The notes under the pieces are model-generated. The model was given only the letters and a program-made list of their open reading frames with translations, searched no databases and was not told the DNA's origin. Below are positions 40,486 to 50,248 of a stretch of 64,000 nt of DNA, in pieces (within the stretch, counting starts at the first letter, position 1; the number at the start of each line of letters is the position of its first letter). Origin of the DNA: an uncultured Methanoregulaceae archaeon (GTDB lineage Archaea > Halobacteriota > Methanomicrobia > Methanomicrobiales > Methanospirillaceae). The translations under genes were made by a program, and so were the position numbers. Location of the stretch: positions 544,001-608,000 of the forward strand of contig OY970061.1 in the NCBI GenBank assembly GCA_963705255.1. Direction: 5' to 3'.

Positions 40486-41286
40486 ATGAAAAAGATCGTC
40501 CTGCTGGTGATGGGACTTCTCTTTCTGTCCGGGTATGCAGCAGCCTACGAAGTGAATATCGATACACCGGTTACGCTTACCCTCGGTGAACCTCTCGTTG
40601 TCACGGGGACAACCACTTTTGGTATAGGAACGCCGTTCGATGTCGTGCTCTATTATCAGCTGAACACCGCGACAGAGGTCAAACGAAAGGCCGTGTATGT
40701 CCAGTCCGACAAGACCTTCACAGCGGTTTTCGATACAACCGACCTTAAGGCAGGAACCTACAAAGTTGAAGTTCCGGCGAACGGACTGGGAGACTCGGTA
40801 ACCATGCGCCAGATCCAGCTGGTTGACCGTTCTGATGATCTTGACCTTGCCTCTCCGGCAACCCAGAACTTTACAGGAAACCTGTATGTAGCGGGAACGA
40901 TCAGGGGCGAAATAAATTCCGGAGTCCAGATCGTGGTCACCGGCCCGGACAACCAGGTACTCTATGGCCCTCAGTATGTGAATACGAATAATAAAGGCGA
41001 TTTTTCCACCGACGTTCCCATACCGGAACCTGGAGAATACGATGTGAGTTTTACGGATTCTAGGGGCTTTATCAGTACCCGTACCCTCTCGGTAATCGCC
41101 CAACAGTCCCAAACCGGAACGTCCGTGGAGACAGCATCACCGAATTCCTTGGGAGCTTCTGTACAGGCCGGGACTGTCAGCCGGACGACTCCTGTTGAAA
41201 CCCAGAAATCATCGGAAGTTGCAGTTTTTAGTGCAATGGGAGCGGGTGCTGCGACGTTCTTATTCTGTGCCCGCCGGAAAAAATAG
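40486..41286 (+). CDS. Secreted/cell-surface hypothetical protein with C-terminal anchor
   Basis: Signal peptide, beta-rich body, S/T linker, hydrophobic + RRKK tail. Confidence 0.75.
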   Translation: MKKIVLLVMGLLFLSGYAAAYEVNIDTPVTLTLGEPLVVTGTTTFGIGTPFDVVLYYQLNTATEVKRKAVYVQSDKTFTAVFDTTDLKAGTYKVEVPANGLGDSVTMRQIQLVDRSDDLDLASPATQNFTGNLYVAGTIRGEINSGVQIVVTGPDNQVLYGPQYVNTNNKGDFSTDVPIPEPGEYDVSFTDSRGFISTRTLSVIAQQSQTGTSVETASPNSLGASVQAGTVSRTTPVETQKSSEVAVFSAMGAGAATFLFCARRKK

Positions 41287-41555
41287 TTCCTGTCCAGACC
41301 TTGAAACTTTCACATTCCCCTGTACCTGCTCTGAACCTTCCCCTCCCTCAACCGGTGCGGGCCTCCTCCTTTTCATACCCGCCGTCTCATGGCCAGCCTT
41401 ATATCGGAAAGAATACATCGGAAGTGCCAGGGAACCCCTTTCTCTCCGGAGGCGTCACCGGAGGAGATGCAAAGTTCACGTACAGGTACAACAATAGTTT
41501 CCCGATCGCCAGGAAATGATTTTATGGGCTCTGTAGAAATCATTGAGAGTAGCTT

Positions 41556-41716
41556 GACGCTCCAGGGGCTTCGCCCCGCCGCTGGGGCGCCCCAGTTGCG
41601 ATAGTGCCGTATTACCTGTTTATAAAAAATGCAAAGAAATTTTGAACAGGTAATACCGAGGCATCACGTGCGCCCCCGCCCCCAACGGGGGCAGGGATGG
41701 CGCAAGGGGGGCGATC
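41556..41716. repeat. Mosaic palindromic repeat (copy 8)
   Basis: Same outer modules as 21301-21520; inner 12-bp inverted repeat GTATTACCTGTT/AACAGGTAATAC. Confidence 0.8.
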
Positions 41717-41876
41717 CTATCTCACGAAATAGGTTTTCTACAGAGGAATTTTATGCATTCTTGAAATTGTTCCGCTGGATAAAATGCGATCAGATGGGGT
41801 GCTTAACCTTTATCTATTTTCGAATCGTGTTTATTAAGATAAGATAGGGGTGGTCAGTACATCTTTATCTCAAAGA

Positions 41877-41961
41877 GCCGGGGTAGTCTAGTCCGGGAAG
41901 GCGGTAGCCTTGAAAGCTACTGGTGCCCTGCACCTCAAGAGTTCAAATCTCTTCCCCGGCG
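41877..41961 (+). tRNA. tRNA-Ser (anticodon UGA)
   Basis: Acceptor GCCGGGG/CCCCGGC, anticodon arm GTAGC-CTTGAAA-GCTAC, long variable arm, TTCAAAT T-loop. Confidence 0.95.
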
Positions 41962-42121
41962 TCAGAAGCACAACCGGAAATTCTTTTCACGGAACGTACT
42001 AAAAACAGATTTGGCTGCCGTGAATACATTGCCGGGTCTTTGCCGCCGATCCGTTCCCTATCATCGTTTTTATGTGATTGAAACTCACACATTAATGACA
42101 GGCAGAAGAGAGGATCTTTTT

Positions 42122-42346
42122 ATGTGTGTTGCAGTTCCCGCGGAAGTAATCGAAATAAGAGAGGGAAATATCGGCCTTGTGGACTATGGCGATCTCCGGC
42201 AGGAAGTAAGGCTCGAACTCGTTGATGTGAAAGTCGGTGAGTTTGTGCTCGTCCACGTCGGGTTTGCGATCCAGCGGCTCTCCCGCGAAGAGGGACTTGA
42301 GACCCGTGAGCTGTTCAAACAGGTCTACGCCGCAATGGAGAGTTGA
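42122..42346 (+). CDS. hypC: Hydrogenase maturation chaperone HypC
   Basis: MCVAVP...VLVHVGFAI. Confidence 0.95.
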   Translation: MCVAVPAEVIEIREGNIGLVDYGDLRQEVRLELVDVKVGEFVLVHVGFAIQRLSREEGLETRELFKQVYAAMES

Positions 42347-42684
42347 TGCACGAGTACTCCATTGCGTATGACCTTTATGCAACTGCACGGTCTGCCGCAT
42401 ACGAGCATCACGCGGTAAAAATAAAAAAAATCAGTGTGGAAGTCGGCAGGATGGCGATGGTGAACCCGGAACAGGTCGTGTACCTTTTTGACATCATCAA
42501 GGAAGATGATCCTCTCTTTCAAAATGCTGTCCTCGAATGCCATGAGACATCCCCGGAGACCAGATGCGCGTGCGGGTATACCGGGGACGAGATTTACCTG
42601 TGCCCGAAATGCGGGGCTCTTCCGGAACTGGTGAAGGGCAGGGAGATCGTAGTCACCAATGTGGAGATTGAGGTGGAAGATTAG
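42346..42684 (+). CDS. hypA: Hydrogenase nickel-insertion protein HypA
   Basis: MHEYSIA, CACG, CPKCG, GRE. Confidence 0.93.
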   Translation: MHEYSIAYDLYATARSAAYEHHAVKIKKISVEVGRMAMVNPEQVVYLFDIIKEDDPLFQNAVLECHETSPETRCACGYTGDEIYLCPKCGALPELVKGREIVVTNVEIEVED

Positions 42685-43680
42685 ATGAAAGTCAACATGA
42701 TGCATGGCGCCGGCGGTGAAGTGATGGGGGAACTGCTCCAGACCCTCACCAGATTCCGGCATAACAACGCCGGCGGTATCGGGCTGGAGGCCATGGATGA
42801 CGGTGCGGTCATCCCCTTCAATGGGGAGAACCTCGTATTTACCACGGATTCCCACATTGTACGGCCGATCTTTTTCCCGGGCGGGGATATCGGCCGGATC
42901 TCGGTCTGTGGCACCGTCAACGATCTCGCAATGATGGGTGGCAGGCCCATTGCCCTGTCATGCGGCATGATCATCGAGGAAGGTTTCGATATCGACGATC
43001 TTGCACGGATCATTGCCTCCATGGATGAAGCTCTCGGCGAGGCGGGTGCAAACCTTGTCACCGGTGATACGAAAGTCATGGAGAGAGGTGCACTCGACGG
43101 GATTGCTATCAATACCTCGGGAATCGGGATAGCCAAAAAGATCGTGCGGGACAACGGGCTCGTGCCCGGGGATGTGGTGATCGTTTCCGGCACCCTTGGG
43201 GATCACGGCCTTGCCATCATGGCACACCGCGAAGGGTTCGACCTTGGTGAACAGATACAATCAGATGTAGCCCCCCTCTGGAAAATGATAGAAAAGGTGC
43301 TCGATGCCGGGACCATTCATGCCATGAAAGACCCGACCCGTGGCGGGTTTGCCAGCGCAATCAATGAGATGGCCCGGAAAAGCGGCGTGTGCGTCCGGGT
43401 GCAGGAAGAGTATATACCTATCCGAAAAAATGTGAAAAGTGCTGCGGGAATGCTGGGCATCGACCCTCTTGAAGTTGCCAACGAAGGCAAAGTAGTGATG
43501 GGTGTCCCGGCGTCCGAAGCAGATGCTATCCTTTCAGCTCTCCGTTCACACCCCTATGGAAAGGACGCGATAATTGTCGGGAACGTCACCAGAGGAGCCC
43601 ATGTTATCATGGAAACAAAAATCGGCGGCGAACGGTTTATTGAGCCTCCGATGGGTGATCCGGTCCCCCGCGTCTGCTGA
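42685..43680 (+). CDS. hypE: Hydrogenase maturation protein HypE
   Basis: HGAGG, GGDIG..SVCGTVNDL, DPTRGG, C-terminal PRVC. Confidence 0.96.
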   Translation: MKVNMMHGAGGEVMGELLQTLTRFRHNNAGGIGLEAMDDGAVIPFNGENLVFTTDSHIVRPIFFPGGDIGRISVCGTVNDLAMMGGRPIALSCGMIIEEGFDIDDLARIIASMDEALGEAGANLVTGDTKVMERGALDGIAINTSGIGIAKKIVRDNGLVPGDVVIVSGTLGDHGLAIMAHREGFDLGEQIQSDVAPLWKMIEKVLDAGTIHAMKDPTRGGFASAINEMARKSGVCVRVQEEYIPIRKNVKSAAGMLGIDPLEVANEGKVVMGVPASEADAILSALRSHPYGKDAIIVGNVTRGAHVIMETKIGGERFIEPPMGDPVPRVC

Positions 43681-43793
43681 AAATTTTCAAAAATTTTTTA
43701 TGCAGAATCATCCATCCTCCATATCTGCAGTTTTGCAGATTTGATTGCGCGCGGACTGGATTCCCGCACGCAATTCTTTCGGGTGCCGTGTAC

Positions 43794-45158
43794 TTACGGT
43801 TTTTTTGATCGATCGATAGAGTTCCCTCCTGTCGAGCGGTATGCTTCCCGTGGTACGTGGATAATAAATCGCGCACCTTTCCCCGGCACACCCGTCTCCC
43901 TTACTGTCAGATTGGTTATCGCGAGAATCTCCCGTGACAGGAAGAGGCCAAACCCGGTATGTTTAAAATACTCCCGCCGGAAAATATGTTCCTTCTCTTC
44001 ATGGGGGATCCCGATCCCGTCATCTTCAACGATGAGATCGAGACTGTCGGTGTATTCTTCTGACCTGATTATGATCTCTGTCACATGCTCCCCGTGGCGG
44101 ATTGAATTGTCGATGAGATTGTAAAATACTTTCTCCAGAAGGGGATCGGCATATATCTCAACAGGAGGTATCGTGACATTGACAAGAACCAAATGGATGT
44201 CGATGCTTGCCAGTGCAAGTGATACCGTCTCACCGACATTATGCCACTGGGGTGAATGCACGCCGATATTCTGGTAATCACGGGTGAACAGGATCTGGCT
44301 CCGGATCGCATTCGCTGCCTGTTCCTCCTTGAGCAGATAGTTGATCATGCGGGGATCCGTGGTATCCTGTTTTGAGAGCTCGAGAAACCCGAGGAGTGCA
44401 GTCAGCTGGTTGAGGATATCGTGGCGTGTAACGTTATTGAGCAGGTTGAGTTTCTTATTGGCCTGGGTCAGTGCTTCCTGCGATAATTTATTGTCAGTAA
44501 TATCAACAACCGTGCAGATGACGCCGGGTTCACCGGTTTCTGCGGCGGAGACAAGTGCCCATCGCATACTCCCGTCCCAGGCACGGAACCTTACTTCGAT
44601 ATCACCGACCCTCCGCATGTCGCGGATCTTGGTGATGAAACATTCCCGTTCTTCCCGGTCCGGAATAAGGTCAGGGAGGGACCTCTGCATGAGTTCATCG
44701 CAATCGTACCGGATCATATTGGCAAATTTCCGGTTGGCATCCATGATCCTGAGGGTCTGCCGGTCATAGCTGAATACTCCGGCCTGGGAATTGTAATACG
44801 CCCCGCAGCTCTTCTCCCCTTCTTTCCGGTATACCTGCGAATACGTGGAGATAAGGACCCCAAGCGAGACGAAGATATAGAACCAGACCGTGGCAACCGT
44901 ATACAACTGACTGTCCGGCAACCCGATGATAAAGACCAGCGCGATATACAACCAGCCTACCAGAACCGTCCCGTAGATACTCAGCTTCGGGCGTGAAAAC
45001 GCGATAAGGACAATGGGGATAAGGTAAAAGTACGGGAATACATCGTAAATTCCCTTCTGGATACTGAAATAGGTGATCACTCCTGCAGCAATGATACTCC
45101 CGATGATACAGATATCATACAGGATCTGCCTTTTCCGGGTGATAGGCCGCATCGTCAT
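43794..45158 (-). CDS. Membrane PAS-domain sensor histidine kinase
   Basis: N-terminal TMs, PAS, RHDILNQL H-box, NLIDNSIRHG, DDGIG, GFGLFL. Confidence 0.92.
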   Translation of the reverse strand: MTMRPITRKRQILYDICIIGSIIAAGVITYFSIQKGIYDVFPYFYLIPIVLIAFSRPKLSIYGTVLVGWLYIALVFIIGLPDSQLYTVATVWFYIFVSLGVLISTYSQVYRKEGEKSCGAYYNSQAGVFSYDRQTLRIMDANRKFANMIRYDCDELMQRSLPDLIPDREERECFITKIRDMRRVGDIEVRFRAWDGSMRWALVSAAETGEPGVICTVVDITDNKLSQEALTQANKKLNLLNNVTRHDILNQLTALLGFLELSKQDTTDPRMINYLLKEEQAANAIRSQILFTRDYQNIGVHSPQWHNVGETVSLALASIDIHLVLVNVTIPPVEIYADPLLEKVFYNLIDNSIRHGEHVTEIIIRSEEYTDSLDLIVEDDGIGIPHEEKEHIFRREYFKHTGFGLFLSREILAITNLTVRETGVPGKGARFIIHVPREAYRSTGGNSIDRSKKP

Positions 45159-45273
45159 GGTTCACGGAGAAACCTGTTAAGGGGAAAAAACGTTGAGTGC
45201 TTACACTCATATTCTTCGATGATAAATATATTAACTCTGATTTGGATCCGAAAAAAATGTGCGGGCTCTTTTT

Positions 45274-45828
45274 TCAGGCAATATATTTCATCAAAAGTTC
45301 CATGGCTGCGAGTTCCTGTCTTCCGCCGCATTTCCTTACGATCCCCGCGTGATAGTCGATCAGTTTTTTCAGATCCGGATCCCGGTTTTTCCTGTACCGT
45401 GTTGCATATACCGCCATGTCAATAATACTGTTGAACCCCCGGTTCACCGGGCAGGCAAAGACCTCTTCAATAATCTCCTTTTCGAGGGTGAGCCCGACCA
45501 CCAGTGCCTCGTTTGTCTTTCGTTCGACCGATGCAGTGAATGCTGCCCAGGCGTCAGCTCCGGCAAGCCGCTGCATTTTTTTCCCGCCAACGGGCTCTTC
45601 AACGAACGATTCGCGGGAAAGGTCATCGAATGCAGTTTTGACATAGAGTACCGGATCATGGATCAGATTCGCCACGATCCAGCCATCCCTCACAATGTTA
45701 TCGGCAGTGTGGCTCCCGATAAAGAGCACAAGACGTGCTTCCCCTTCGCGGAAGTGGATGCCTATAGGGGCAGCGTTAAACCCGGTAGTCGCAATGACCT
45801 CATTGATACCCTCAGTCAATAGTCCCAT
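45274..45828 (-). CDS. DUF447-family protein
   Basis: EVIATT..NAAPIGI...GSHT..N, NRGFN...ATR; start ATG 45828. Confidence 0.82.
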   Translation of the reverse strand: MGLLTEGINEVIATTGFNAAPIGIHFREGEARLVLFIGSHTADNIVRDGWIVANLIHDPVLYVKTAFDDLSRESFVEEPVGGKKMQRLAGADAWAAFTASVERKTNEALVVGLTLEKEIIEEVFACPVNRGFNSIIDMAVYATRYRKNRDPDLKKLIDYHAGIVRKCGGRQELAAMELLMKYIA

Positions 45829-46637
45829 GACCAGCCCTCCCCGAGCGCGATAAAGAGGGATGCGATCAGGATGTCGGCGATGGAACCCGGATTGATATCC
45901 CGTGAAATGCACTCGCCGTCGAGATCCTCTGCCGAACGTTTCCCGTCGAGCACATCGCGCGCACTGTTCATGATCTCCTGCGCCACTCCGGCGCCGTGCT
46001 TCTTGATGATGAAGGTGTCAGGTTCTGTTGCGAGGAGCGTGAGGAACGTCCGGACAATTGCCTGCCTGCCTGGGCCGGTCTCCCTGAGGATGTCCGCACC
46101 CCGCCGGGACAGGCGAAATCCGGTCACCCACTCGCGGGCCACCATATCGCTTGCCGCAGAGTGCTGCATGATGTCAAGGAGTGTCATCCCGCGGTCACGT
46201 ATCAGGGTCAGCGTATGCGGGTCATTGACATCAAGTTCATCCGCTGCGTTCATCCTCACCGATGTCATGGCAAAGGCCTTGTAGAATGCTACGGCATCCG
46301 AGGTATCGGTCTTTTCTATGGCTTTCTGCGCACCGGGAATGTCTTTTCCGTAAATAAGCGGGATGAGAAGGATAAATGCCCCAAAGTGGGTATTTCCCCC
46401 CAGATGGCAGTTGGTATCACGGACTGCATGTTTGATGATCTCCCCGATCCTCCCGGTACCCGGTTCGGCTTCTTCAAAGGCAGAGCGGGCAAAGATGGTG
46501 GATGCCAGGAAATGTTCGAGCCGGGTATCAGGATAGTCGTGGCAACGGTCAACGTTTCCCGGCTTCGGGTAGGCGCAGACCTCAAGCATCATTGCAAGTT
46601 GCGCCCGTTCAGCGGCTGGTATCTGCAGGCACGTCAT
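45816..46637 (-). CDS. Triphosphoribosyl-dephospho-CoA synthase (CitG)-like protein
   Basis: LEVCAYPKPGNVDR, NTHFG, DTFI..KHG, NPGSIAD. Confidence 0.85.
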   Translation of the reverse strand: MTCLQIPAAERAQLAMMLEVCAYPKPGNVDRCHDYPDTRLEHFLASTIFARSAFEEAEPGTGRIGEIIKHAVRDTNCHLGGNTHFGAFILLIPLIYGKDIPGAQKAIEKTDTSDAVAFYKAFAMTSVRMNAADELDVNDPHTLTLIRDRGMTLLDIMQHSAASDMVAREWVTGFRLSRRGADILRETGPGRQAIVRTFLTLLATEPDTFIIKKHGAGVAQEIMNSARDVLDGKRSAEDLDGECISRDINPGSIADILIASLFIALGEGWSWDY

Positions 46638-47748
46638 GGAAAACACGGCTCATTATCGTATCTGAAAGCTCGCGTTTGAGGCGCATATACTCTTTCTTTG
46701 TAAGTCCCGCCTGCCTGAGGGTCATATCCCGGAACATGCACGGCGATGACGTCTTGCAGCACCAGGAAAGGCTGCCAAAACAGGTCTGCTTGCCGTCTTC
46801 GAGAGGGGTCCCCTTTACGGCACCGGTCTTCATCGCTATATAGTCTTCCTTGGGCACGCCGATGCGAGAAAGTGTCGGGATCAGCGGGCACTCTTTCACC
46901 GGCATGCAACAGAACGTGAGGGAACGGATATCTCCCCCGCGACAGAGCTGCTTTGGCGCATTGTACCATCCTTCTTCGTCCGCGTACCGGGTAATAGCAG
47001 CATCGAGCCCGGCAAGAGTCCGCATGTCCGCATGCCGCGCGAGAGAAACGATATCAGCGCCATGGGAGAGCATGTCTTTCATGCGATCGAAGGTGTTGAT
47101 GGAATTGTTGGCGATCAGCATCAGGGGGCAGCTGTTCCTGATCTGCCGGAGCTTTGCCGTGCCGAAGTCCATGAGGTCCACGTGAAGAATATCTGCTCCC
47201 GCCTCCCAGAGTTTCCCGGCCAACAGCCGGTCGTCGTCTGAAACACCGGCCCTGATCTTCACCGATACCGTAACACCGGTCCCTTTGAGAGCACGGACAA
47301 CGGCAAGGAGCTTTTCCACGTTCCTGAGATAATATTCCCCGGACCCGGCGTCAACCATGGCCGGCTGGCGGCAGTGGGCATCGATCTCGTAGACGACCGT
47401 ATCCCCGAGCACCCTCACCAGGTCGCAAAATGAGTCGGGGGTACTCCCACGAAGGTTGATCCCGGTGATCACGCCGGATCCTTCCAGTTTCCGGATCTGG
47501 TTCGTAAGTTCGGTTACCGGATCATCATAGAGGAATTCTTTATGGTCGCCTGCAGAAGCGATGGTCTCTGCGGCATTCATGGTCTGTTCATCAATGGAAT
47601 ATCCGCCGATAAAAGCGAGGCCGATGTGGCTTGCACGTTCGAGCACGTATGCTGCATCGACGATTCCTGCCATCGATGCAACCGCCACGGGAGTCCTGAC
47701 AACCCGGTCATTGATGAGCAGCCCGAAGCGCTCAAACGCATCCATCAT
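46609..47748 (-). CDS. TIM-barrel (DUS-like) protein fused to methanogenesis marker 9 domain
   Basis: ASMAG, DAHCRQ, ANNS; C-terminal W.NAP...CRGGD.R.L.FCC.P.K.CP...TCFGSL.WCCK; start ATG 47748. Confidence 0.85.
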   Translation of the reverse strand: MMDAFERFGLLINDRVVRTPVAVASMAGIVDAAYVLERASHIGLAFIGGYSIDEQTMNAAETIASAGDHKEFLYDDPVTELTNQIRKLEGSGVITGINLRGSTPDSFCDLVRVLGDTVVYEIDAHCRQPAMVDAGSGEYYLRNVEKLLAVVRALKGTGVTVSVKIRAGVSDDDRLLAGKLWEAGADILHVDLMDFGTAKLRQIRNSCPLMLIANNSINTFDRMKDMLSHGADIVSLARHADMRTLAGLDAAITRYADEEGWYNAPKQLCRGGDIRSLTFCCMPVKECPLIPTLSRIGVPKEDYIAMKTGAVKGTPLEDGKQTCFGSLSWCCKTSSPCMFRDMTLRQAGLTKKEYMRLKRELSDTIMSRVFHDVPADTSR

Positions 47749-47816
47749 AAGTTCATATCTATTGAAGGTGATGGGACAAATTACTTTGGGTATGATCCGG
47801 CACATGCACGCGATTC

Positions 47817-48030
47817 AATCCCGTCGCGAACGAAAGTGAGCACGGGATTGCATTGAGGAGGGGCATATGCCGGATCAGGAGAAGACCGTGAGCGAAGCGC
47901 ACGGTCTTCGACATGCAAGTACCTATTAATCCCCGTTCGCGAACGAAAGTGAGCACGGGATTGCATTGAGGAGGGGCATATGCCGGATCAGGAGAAGACC
48001 GTGAGCGAAGCGCACGGTCTTCGACATGCA
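47817..48030. repeat. Tandem duplication (113-bp period) of a two-hairpin unit of the repeat family
   Basis: 47825-47917 identical to 47938-48030; each unit has an AATCCCG...CGGGATT hairpin and GGAGAAGACCGTGAGC-GAA-GCGCACGGTCTTCGA. Confidence 0.92.
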
Positions 48031-48087
48031 GGAATCCAATCAAGACAGATCAACTTCGTGGCAAGCCACGTGGTTTTTGAATCACTC

Positions 48088-48540
48088 TCAGAGTTTCTCG
48101 ACACAATATCCATCCCTGGTCCGGCCCAGGACGACCCCCTCCCGCGCATCCTCAACGGTTATCCCTCTGTTGTTCCTGAAGTGTTCTATAACGGTCGCCC
48201 AAGGTATCAGGAACGCCTCATTAGCTTTTCCCGGCCCATGCCGGAATTCGATCGCAAGGTACCCTGTCCGCCCGGTCTTCGAGAGGAAATCCGATATTGT
48301 GTCCACCTGGTGGACATTATTCTTATCGGCATGAAAATGCTGGGAAAAGTAGAGCTTCTTATCCATAATGGATTTACATTCAATAGAAAGGTAATAGGAA
48401 GGATTGAGGGAGTCCACCAGCACGTCCACGTACTGGCTGGTGAACTTATGCTGCTTGAGCCGGTAGGCAAATCCCTGAATATGGTGTGTTTTGAAATACC
48501 GGTTCAGGCAGTGGACGATCTCCCGTTCGAAATCACTCAT
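48088..48540 (-). CDS. Holliday junction resolvase-like PD-(D/E)xK nuclease
   Basis: FERE...VDVLVDS...IECKS..LYF. Confidence 0.75.
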   Translation of the reverse strand: MSDFEREIVHCLNRYFKTHHIQGFAYRLKQHKFTSQYVDVLVDSLNPSYYLSIECKSIMDKKLYFSQHFHADKNNVHQVDTISDFLSKTGRTGYLAIEFRHGPGKANEAFLIPWATVIEHFRNNRGITVEDAREGVVLGRTRDGYCVEKL

Positions 48541-48617
48541 TGATTACTGGTGCGACGTCATCCGAAAAAAACCATTTGGTAAGAATTTTTAATCTGTCCG
48601 GTAATACTATTTGTTAT

Positions 48618-49019
48618 ATGAGTACAAAGGGAATGTTACTCGTAGGGCACGGGAGCACGATGCCCTACAACCAGGAGCTCGTCGAGAAGACTGCATCTTT
48701 CATCAGGGCGCAGAATACGGAGTTTATTGTCAAATGTGGTTTTATGAACATGAATAAACCGTCGATCAAGGAGTCACTCACTGAATTCCGGCTCGAACCG
48801 ATCGATGTGCTCGTGGTAGTACCCCTCTTCCTTGCAAAAGGAGTCCATATAGAAAAAGACATTCCCGGTGAGATCGGATTGCCCGAAGGGACAAAGAAAG
48901 GGAGCTTTGTGTTGAACGGCAGAACGATACCGCTCGTGTACGCAGACCCGATCGGGAGCGATCCCCTGCTTGCCGATCTCATGATCAAGAACGCGACAAA
49001 AGCGCTCGCACTCCTCTGA
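48618..49019 (+). CDS. cfbA: Sirohydrochlorin nickelochelatase
   Basis: LLVGHGS, PLFLAKGVH...DIP; first gene of cfb cluster. Confidence 0.92.
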   Translation: MSTKGMLLVGHGSTMPYNQELVEKTASFIRAQNTEFIVKCGFMNMNKPSIKESLTEFRLEPIDVLVVVPLFLAKGVHIEKDIPGEIGLPEGTKKGSFVLNGRTIPLVYADPIGSDPLLADLMIKNATKALALL

Positions 49020-49027
49020 CGTATTTT

Positions 49028-50248
49028 ATGCGCATCCTTGTACTGGACACAATCCACGGCGGAAAGCAGATAAGCCGGGCTTTTGCAGCCCGCGGAGACG
49101 CGGTGGACCTTGTGGACGTGTACCGTGGAGAAACGGCAGTGGATGAAAAGACTGCCCTTTCAAGGACCTATGACCTTATCGTTGCTCCAGTCCATCTCGA
49201 CCCCGATCACCCGCTCCTGAAACATGCAACTGTGCCGGTGATCAACCACCATGAGGCGGTCCGCCAGCTGCTGGGTGACGATATCCCCAGGCCCATGATA
49301 GAGATTACCGGTGCCCGGGGAAAGACGACAACCGCCCATGCCCTGGCATCCCTGCTTCCGGGTAAAGGAATCCTGCATACGTCGAACGGGACATTCAGGT
49401 TCCCGGAAAAAACCTGGATCTCCCGGTCCAGTATTACGCCCGGTTCGGTACTCGAAGTCGTCCGGTTGGCCAAGGAGATCCATGGGTGGCTGGTTGTGGA
49501 AGAATCCCTTGGTGTCAGCGGAGCAGGAACCCTTGCCATCATCACATCAGATGAGGATTATTCTTTTGCAAGCGGGAAGAGATCAGCCGTCAAGGCCAAG
49601 CTGGCGTCAACAAAACACTGCCGGCACCTTCTTCTTGCGGAAAATATCCGGGCCGGTTATCAGGATGGTATTGTGCATCTTGAGGACATTGCATCCTGTG
49701 ATGGAATTGAATGCACCCTCACATTCGATGGCAAAACCCGGCGGTTCAGTTCACCGCTTCTCGCGCTGCCGGCATATAATGAACCAATACTGCTTGCCGC
49801 AGCGGCAGCACTGATGCTTGGACAGGACCCGTCCCCGCTCTCATCGTTCGCCTCTCTGGCCGGGCGGATGTCAGTCTCCTACGAGCAGGGCCTGCTGGTG
49901 GTGGATAACGCCAACAGCGGAACAAATGTTGTGACCACCCTTGATGCAGCCCGTTATGCACGGAGCACCTCGGGCAGTGAAGATATGACTCTTGTCATCG
50001 GGCAGCAGGAAGGCGACGGTGCGGTATGCGAAGGTTTTGCCCAGGACCAGATTCTTGCGGCTGTAGAGGCAATCCGCGCTCAAAGGCTTATCTGGGTCGG
50101 AAGGCTCCCGAAGCCGGGCACGGATGAATACAAACGTCTCGCCCCGCTGATAACTGCGCACGCTCAGACGCTTGACGAAGGGTATTCCCTTGCCAGGAAA
50201 AAGACCGTGCGGGGATCCATAGTCCTCTCTGTCAAGATGTGGAGATAA
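49028..50248 (+). CDS. cfbE: Coenzyme F430 synthase
   Basis: VLDTIHGG, EITGARGKTTT Mur-ligase P-loop, ESLG.SG, DNANSG. Confidence 0.9.
   Translation: MRILVLDTIHGGKQISRAFAARGDAVDLVDVYRGETAVDEKTALSRTYDLIVAPVHLDPDHPLLKHATVPVINHHEAVRQLLGDDIPRPMIEITGARGKTTTAHALASLLPGKGILHTSNGTFRFPEKTWISRSSITPGSVLEVVRLAKEIHGWLVVEESLGVSGAGTLAIITSDEDYSFASGKRSAVKAKLASTKHCRHLLLAENIRAGYQDGIVHLEDIASCDGIECTLTFDGKTRRFSSPLLALPAYNEPILLAAAAALMLGQDPSPLSSFASLAGRMSVSYEQGLLVVDNANSGTNVVTTLDAARYARSTSGSEDMTLVIGQQEGDGAVCEGFAQDQILAAVEAIRAQRLIWVGRLPKPGTDEYKRLAPLITAHAQTLDEGYSLARKKTVRGSIVLSVKMWR

Noticed and set aside
41877-41961. Selenocysteine or suppressor tRNA
   Set aside because: The anticodon itself is UGA, which reads the Ser codon UCA; ordinary 7-bp acceptor stem.
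41877-42120. tRNA-Ser or tRNA-Glu as integration sites of an island
   Set aside because: No duplicated tRNA 3' end, no integrase, and flanks are host-like genes.
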